Positions 58,441-64,000 of a stretch of DNA of 64,000 bases are shown here, piece after piece (the stretch's first letter is position 1; every line of letters starts with the position of its first letter). The notes under the pieces are model-generated. The model ran no database searches. It was not told the DNA's origin and saw only the letters and a program-made list of their open reading frames with translations. Location: the NCBI GenBank assembly GCA_038087875.1, contig CM075978.1, positions 179,924,001 to 179,988,000 on the forward strand. The letters are read 5' to 3'. The stretch is from Malacoraja senta (taxonomy: Eukaryota). The translations under genes were made by a program, and so were the position numbers.

Positions 58441-59689
58441 CTCCTACTCTTTGCTTCCTGTCTGCCAGCCAGTTCTCTATCCACATCAATACTGTACCCC
58501 CAATACCGTGTGCTTTAAGTTTGTATATTAATCTCTTATGTGGGACCCTGTCGAAATCCTTCTGAAAGTCCAGATATAACACATCCACTGGTTCTCCCTT
58601 ATCCACTCTACTAGTTACATCCTTGAAAAATTCTATAAGATTCGTCAGACATGATTTACCTTTCATAAACCCACGCTGACTTTGTCCAATGATTTCACCA
58701 TTTTCCAAATGTGCTGCTATCCCACCTTTAATAACTGACTCTAGCAGTTTCCCCACTACCGATGTTAGACTAACTGGTCTGTAATTCCCCGTTTTCTCTC
58801 TTCCTCCCTTATTAAAAAGTGGGGTTACATTAGCTACCCTCCAATCCTCAGGAACTACTCCAGAATCTAAAGAGTTTTGAAAAATTATCACTAATGCATC
58901 CACTATTTCTGGGGCTACTTCCTAAAGTACTCTGGGGATGCAGCCTATCTGGCCCTGGGGATTTATCGGCCTTTAATCCATTCAATTTACCAAACACCAC
59001 TTCCCGGCTAACCTGGATTTCACTCAATTCCTCCCTCTTATTTGACCTCACGGTCCCCTGCTATTTCCGGCAGATTAATTAAGTCTTCCTTAGTGAAGAC
59101 AGAACCAAAGTAGTTATTCAATTGGTCTGCCATTACCTTGTTCCCCATGATCAATTCACCAGTTTCTGACTGCAAGGGACCTACATTTGTTTTAACTAAT
59201 CTTTTTTCTCTTCACATATCTATAAAAACTTTTGCAGTCAATTTTTATGTTCCCTGCCAGTTTTCTTTCATAATCTATTTTTCCCTTTCTTAATTAAACC
59301 CTTTGTCCTCCTCTGCTGGACTCTGAATTTCTCCCATTCCTCTGGTAGGCTGCATTTTCTGGATAATTTGTATGCTTCATCTTTTGTTTTGATACTATCC
59401 CTGGTTTCCTTTGTTATCCACGGATGCACTACCTTCCCTGATTAATTATTTTGCCAACTGGGATGAACAATTGTTGTAGTTCATCCATGCAGCCTTTAAA
59501 TGCCTCCATTGAATATCCACTGTTCAACCTTTAAGAATCAATTGCCAGTCTACCTTGGCCATATTGACGTCTCATTACCCTCAAAGTACCTTTCTTTAAG
59601 TTCAGAACTCAACCTATTATGGTCACTCTTCCCCAAGGAGCCACGCACAACAAGAACTGCTAACTACCCTTCCTCATTACTCAGAACGT

Positions 59690-60704
59690 ATCCAAATAAA
59701 TAGAAAATATGGTAAATGTGGTGTATGCCAAAATGCAGAAACAGACGCAGAAAGAATATGTGATACCCTCTGAGCTGCCATGCAACAACGCATGACACGC
59801 CTTGTTTTGTTCATCTATAAGCAGCAATGATACTGATCGCAGCCTGCTACTGTTTAACATTTCTATTCATCAGGAGGATGAAACACCTGAGGGCATCAAT
59901 GATTTATACAGCAGTACATACTCAAACTGATTCAAACTGATACAAGCTGCAGTACATATCCTTTTGTTGTGCATTGAATACCTCAGAAGTTCATTTTGAT
60001 AATGGAATCCAGTTCACCTCCAAGAGTTCAAGGCGTTTGCAGTAGATTACAGGTCCATCAGCACCACCTCCTCCCGCACCATCCGAGGGGATGCATTTCA
60101 TAGAAAGGTCCAGACAGTCAAGAAGATGCCCATCAAGTGCCAAGAGACTAAGGTAGACCCAACCTTGGCTTGATCTCAGCAACCCCATCTCAGAATCATT
60201 GAGAACTGACGTTAAATCACCAGCCACAGAATGGCAGAAAGTAAAAATCAACCCTGCCCAGCAAAATACATCCTCCACATGACCAGGAGGAAGTGAAACA
60301 GCAACTGACCATTGCTCAAACTGAAGGAAACCAGTACTTCAACGAAATGCCAAAACATTGCAGAACTGTTGAGGTGACAGCATGTTCATGTCCAGGATCT
60401 AGTCCTGAAAATATGGACACCTGCAATTTTTTTTGGAAAAGCAGAGACTCCCAGAGCAAACAGCATTGAGAGAGAGCCTGGAACAAAGGCCAAACCCGAC
60501 CAACACGTGATCTATTAAACCAGAAAAGTGTGCCAACAATAGCAACAACACTTACAACCACATTCATAACAACACGACAAACGTACAATCTGTTATATCA
60601 CCAGATGTCAGGAAAAAGCAGTTGAAAAATGCTGAACACAGAGTTGCCATGAATGCTAGGTCTACAAGAATGAAAATAAGCATAAAACCACCAGCCAAAT
60701 ACTA
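59690..60704 (+). mobile_element. Old Gypsy pol remnant, part 2 (integrase)
   Basis: IENMV..CGVCQ, DNGIQFTS(K)EFKAFA, SSPHHPRG, VQTVKKM remnants. Confidence 0.7.
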
Positions 60705-61891
60705 TGTAGACAAAAATACTGGAGAAACTCAGTGGGTGCAGCAGCATCTAGGAGCGAAGGAAATAGGTAACGTTTCAGGCCAAAACCCTTCTTCAGAATG
60801 ATGTGAGTGTGTGTGTGTGTGTGTGGGGGGGGGGGGGGCGGGAAGAAGAAAGGAAGAGGAGGAGCCAGAGGGCTGAGGGAGAGCTGAGAAGGGGAGGAGA
60901 CAGTGAGGACTACCTGAAATTAGAGAAGTCAATGTTCATGCCGCTGGGGTACAAACTGCCTAAGCGAAATATGAGGTGCTGCTCCTCCAATTCCGTTGTT
61001 CCTCACTCTGGCCCTGGAGGAGGCCCAGGACAGAAAGGTCGGATTCGGAATGGGAGGGGGTTGAAGTGCTGAGCCACCGGGAGATCAGGTTGGTTATTGC
61101 GAACCTAGCGGAGGTGTTCGGCGAAGCGATCGCCAAGCCTACGCTTGGTCTCACCGATGTAGATCAGCTGACAACTAGAGCAGCGGATGCAATAGATGAG
61201 ATTGGAGGAGGTGAAGGTGAACCTCAGTCGCACTGGAACGAACTGCTTGGGTCCTTGAATGGAGTCAAGGGGGAGGTGAAGCGACAAGTGTAGCATTTCT
61301 TGCAGTTGCGAGGGAAAGTGCCTGGAGAGGGGGTGGTTGCGGGTGGGAAGGAACGAATTGACAAAGGAGTACGGAGGGAGCGGTCTCTGCGGAAAGCAGA
61401 CAGGGGAGGAGATGGGAAGATGTGGCAAGTGGTGGGGTCACGTTGGAGGTGGCGAAAATGACGGAGGATTATTTGTTGTATGAGACGGCTGGTAGGGTGG
61501 AAGGTGAGGAATAGGGGGAATCTGCCCTTGTTACGAGTGGTGGGATGGGGAGAGAGAGCAGTGTCACGGGGTATCGAAGAAACCCTGGTGAGAGCCTCAT
61601 CTATGGTAGGAGAGGGGAACCCCCATTCCCTGAAGAATGAGGACATCTCCATGCCCTGGTGTGGAACACCTCATCCTGGGAGCATATGCGGCATAGACGG
61701 AGGAATTGGGAGGAGGGGATGGAGTCCTTACAGGAAGCATGGTGGGAAGAAGTGTAGTCCATATAGCCGTGGTAGTCAGTGGGTTTATACTGGATGTCGG
61801 TAAGAAGTCTATCACCTGCGATGGAGATAGTGATGTCTAGAAATGGTAGGGAAGTGTCCGAAATGGTCCAGGTGTATTTGAGTGCCTGATT
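60705..61891 (-). mobile_element. Penelope-like element (RT C-terminus + GIY-YIG endonuclease + terminal repeat) with 12-bp TSD
   Basis: LPFLDITI, YKPTD, LIYCIRCSSCQLIYIGETKRRLGDRFAEH; TSD AGCCAAATACTA at 60693-60704 and 61892-61903. Confidence 0.92.
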
Positions 61892-62079
61892 AGCCAAATA
61901 CTACGATATAGATTACAAACAAAGACAGGGTTGAGAAATCAGAAATGCACTCATAGAACTGGACGGCAGAACAGGATGTACAGAAATCAGCATTATGCCC
62001 AATCTGACGATGACGAAAGAGATTTTGGCGTAAAAGCAATAATTCCACAAACATTGTTTAATGTTGTGAACACAAATTA

Positions 62080-62310
62080 TAGTTTAGTTTAGATATACAG
62101 CGGGGAAACAGGCCCTTCGGCCCACCGGGTCCGCGCCGACCAGCGATCCCCGCATATTAACACTATCCTACACCCACTTGGAACAATTTTTACATTTACT
62201 AAGCCAATTAACCTACAAACATTTACGTGTTTGGAGTGTGGGAGGAAACCGAGGATCTCGGAGAAACCCCACACAGGTCACGGGGACAACGTACAATCTC
62301 CGTACAGAGT
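62080..62310 (-). mobile_element. HE1-like V-SINE, 3' part
   Basis: (TTTAG)n tail, V-domain complement GGGAGGAAACCG...GGAGAAACCCCAC...GTCACGGGG. Confidence 0.8.
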
Positions 62311-62569
62311 TTGTAACTTTACATTTGTGTCCTGCTCAGATTACTTTAACGGAAATGTAAACGTTTAAGAGAGGAGGATGTTGTATTATAATATTTTGCA
62401 TAATTGTTGTTGTGGCATACAATTTAAGCACCACGCACTTGGCGGCTGGGCACTGACGTCATGTGAGCAGAGAGTGCAGAAGCCATTCAATGTGAACCAC
62501 GACCACAAAATGCCGTTTCGATTCCTTTTCTTTCGTCTTCGCAACCACAACTCATAATATGGATAGGCG

Positions 62570-62960
62570 ACTGGTTGGGTCAGGACCATTCTTCAGACTG
62601 ATAATAGTAGGGAAGAAACCTTGAAGAGAGGTGGGGGCGGGACAAAACCAGGCAAATGATATGTGGATACGGGTGAAGGAGTCAGTGTATGTGTTATCTC
62701 CTTACCTCACTACCTTTTCTCTATTGATGTGTGGCATTTATCCAGTCATCTGCCAATTACCTCCCACTCTCTTCATCTGTATCCAACTACCACGTGCCTC
62801 CCCAATCCTTCTTCCAGCTCCACCGCACCACCACCGCTACTATCAATCTGAAGATAGGTCCCGACCCGCAACATCGCATACCCACGTTCTGCTGAGATGC
62901 TCCCTGGTCCACTGAGTTACTCAAGCACCATATGTCTCTCTTTGTAAACCAGCATCTGCA
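62570..62960. mobile_element. Decayed inverted pair of Penelope terminal fragments
   Basis: TTCTTCAGACTGAT (minus) and CTGAAGATAGGTCCCGACCC...CTGAGTTACTC (plus). Confidence 0.55.
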
Positions 62961-63405
62961 GTCCCATGTATCTACAACGTTTTAACAGTCTCTGAAATAT
63001 AAGCCTTTGCGTTCTGATGTAAATATGAGCAATATGCGGCAAGTGCGGAGAATGTTGATTATCTTGTCGCGTTGAATATAAAACGTTACACAGACCAATA
63101 CTCTAGTTTGTACCAAATTCATTCTGCTGACAAAAGCTGTGAATCACTTTTATTTGGGAAATTGATTCATTTGAATGTGATTCTGCAGGGTCGGGGATAT
63201 CGATATTCAGAAGCTCGATTCATAGGTTTTCATTCCCAGCATCAATACGTTTTCTGCCGCTTCAACTGTTCTTTTAAAAAAACTAAAGTTCAATCATTCA
63301 ATGTTGACATCTGATGCGTCTGAACTGGAACATGTGCAATTGAAAATTACATTTTCAACAACAAATTAGTTGGTACGTTTAGGGAGATGTTGAAATAGCT
63401 GACGT

Positions 63406-63470
63406 AGTGGTGGCGTAGCTGGAAGAGTTGCTTCCTCACAGCGTTAGAGACTCGGGTTCGATCCGAACCC
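63406..63470 (+). mobile_element. tRNA-derived SINE head
   Basis: A-box-like TGGCGTAGCTGG and B-box GGTTCGATCC; lacks the stems needed for a tRNA cloverleaf. Confidence 0.6.
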
Positions 63471-63739
63471 AGCACAGATAAATGTTCCACTGATTGGTGC
63501 AACACGCTTGAGGCGACTAATTGTGTTTTGGGAAGCCAGGGTGTGGAGTGTGGAGAAGGTTACAAATATATCAAGAAGCAACGGTTAGTGGTAGAAACAA
63601 ATATTTTAATATTTTCATTATTATTTTAGGAGTATTCTCAATACCATCTCGAAACATACGTTAATTCAGGTAGCAAAATAATTATGGAGACCCAAGGAAC
63701 TGTGGCTGCTGGAATCTTGAGCGAAACGCAAAGTGCTAG

Positions 63740-64000
63740 AGTATCTCAGCAAGCAGTTAGCATCAGTGGAGGGAATAGATAGCGACGTTTTGGATGGGGA
63801 CATTTCTCACTCACTCCTTCCCACCTAACTCACCCCTCTCAAACCACTTTCCCCGGCAACTGTTGGAGTTACTGCAACTCCTCAATCACTTGCAACAAGG
63901 AACTCAGCAGCCATTACAGGCGAGAAAGCCTTTTGCATTTGTTGTACGAGATGTGGCCTCTTTAACATCGGTGACACCAAGCGTAGGTAATAGTTTCGCC
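63740..64000. mobile_element. Decayed Penelope fragments
   Basis: Terminal repeat remnant and degenerate GIY-YIG segment (CIxCxxCGLxxIGxTKR-like). Confidence 0.5.

Larger units (their letters stand above)
46987..59689 (-). mobile_element. CR1 LINE split into 46987-47815 and 58441-59689
   Basis: (CATAGAAA)n tail at 46987; ORF2 C-terminus in the left piece, RT/endonuclease in the right piece; a short segment is missing at the interruption. Confidence 0.8.

Noticed and set aside
63406-63470. tRNA gene
   Set aside because: A/B boxes present but no full cloverleaf; matches a SINE head.

Overview
Eukaryotic, repeat-rich DNA, most likely from a cartilaginous fish (skate/ray). This is inferred from the TE complement: CR1 LINEs with (CATAGAAA)n/(CAATAGA)n tails, HE1-like V-SINEs, Penelope, Rex1, L2 and Tx1 elements. 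There are three N gaps (9651-9782, 11407-11763, 54905-55104). The host genes are two tandem, same-strand immunoglobulin-superfamily receptor genes that the ORF track misses because they are spliced. Each has a 55-nt leader exon, a germline-joined VJ-type V exon and a C1-set exon, and the two ectodomains are about 92-95% identical in DNA. Their membrane and cytoplasmic exons are unrelated. Gene A (387-7751) has an Arg-containing TM resembling the LILRA/OSCAR FcR-gamma-coupling motif and a very short tail (activating type), but a 26-bp deletion in its V exon disables it. Gene B (32610-40763) has an uncharged TM and a long tail with two canonical ITIMs and three further Tyr (inhibitory type), with one extra T in its TM exon (true lesion or assembly error). 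Together they look like a paired activating/inhibitory VJ-C1 receptor locus. The rest is nested transposons: a near full-length CR1, multi-level LINE stacks, a non-autonomous Helitron, Penelope fragments carrying minimal hammerhead-like motifs, a Tx1 element abutting a (TC)n tract, two Gypsy elements, and a putative DNA-transposon derivative carrying a housekeeping-type promoter and first exon. All alignments and counts were done by eye; TE boundaries are approximate unless a TSD is quoted.
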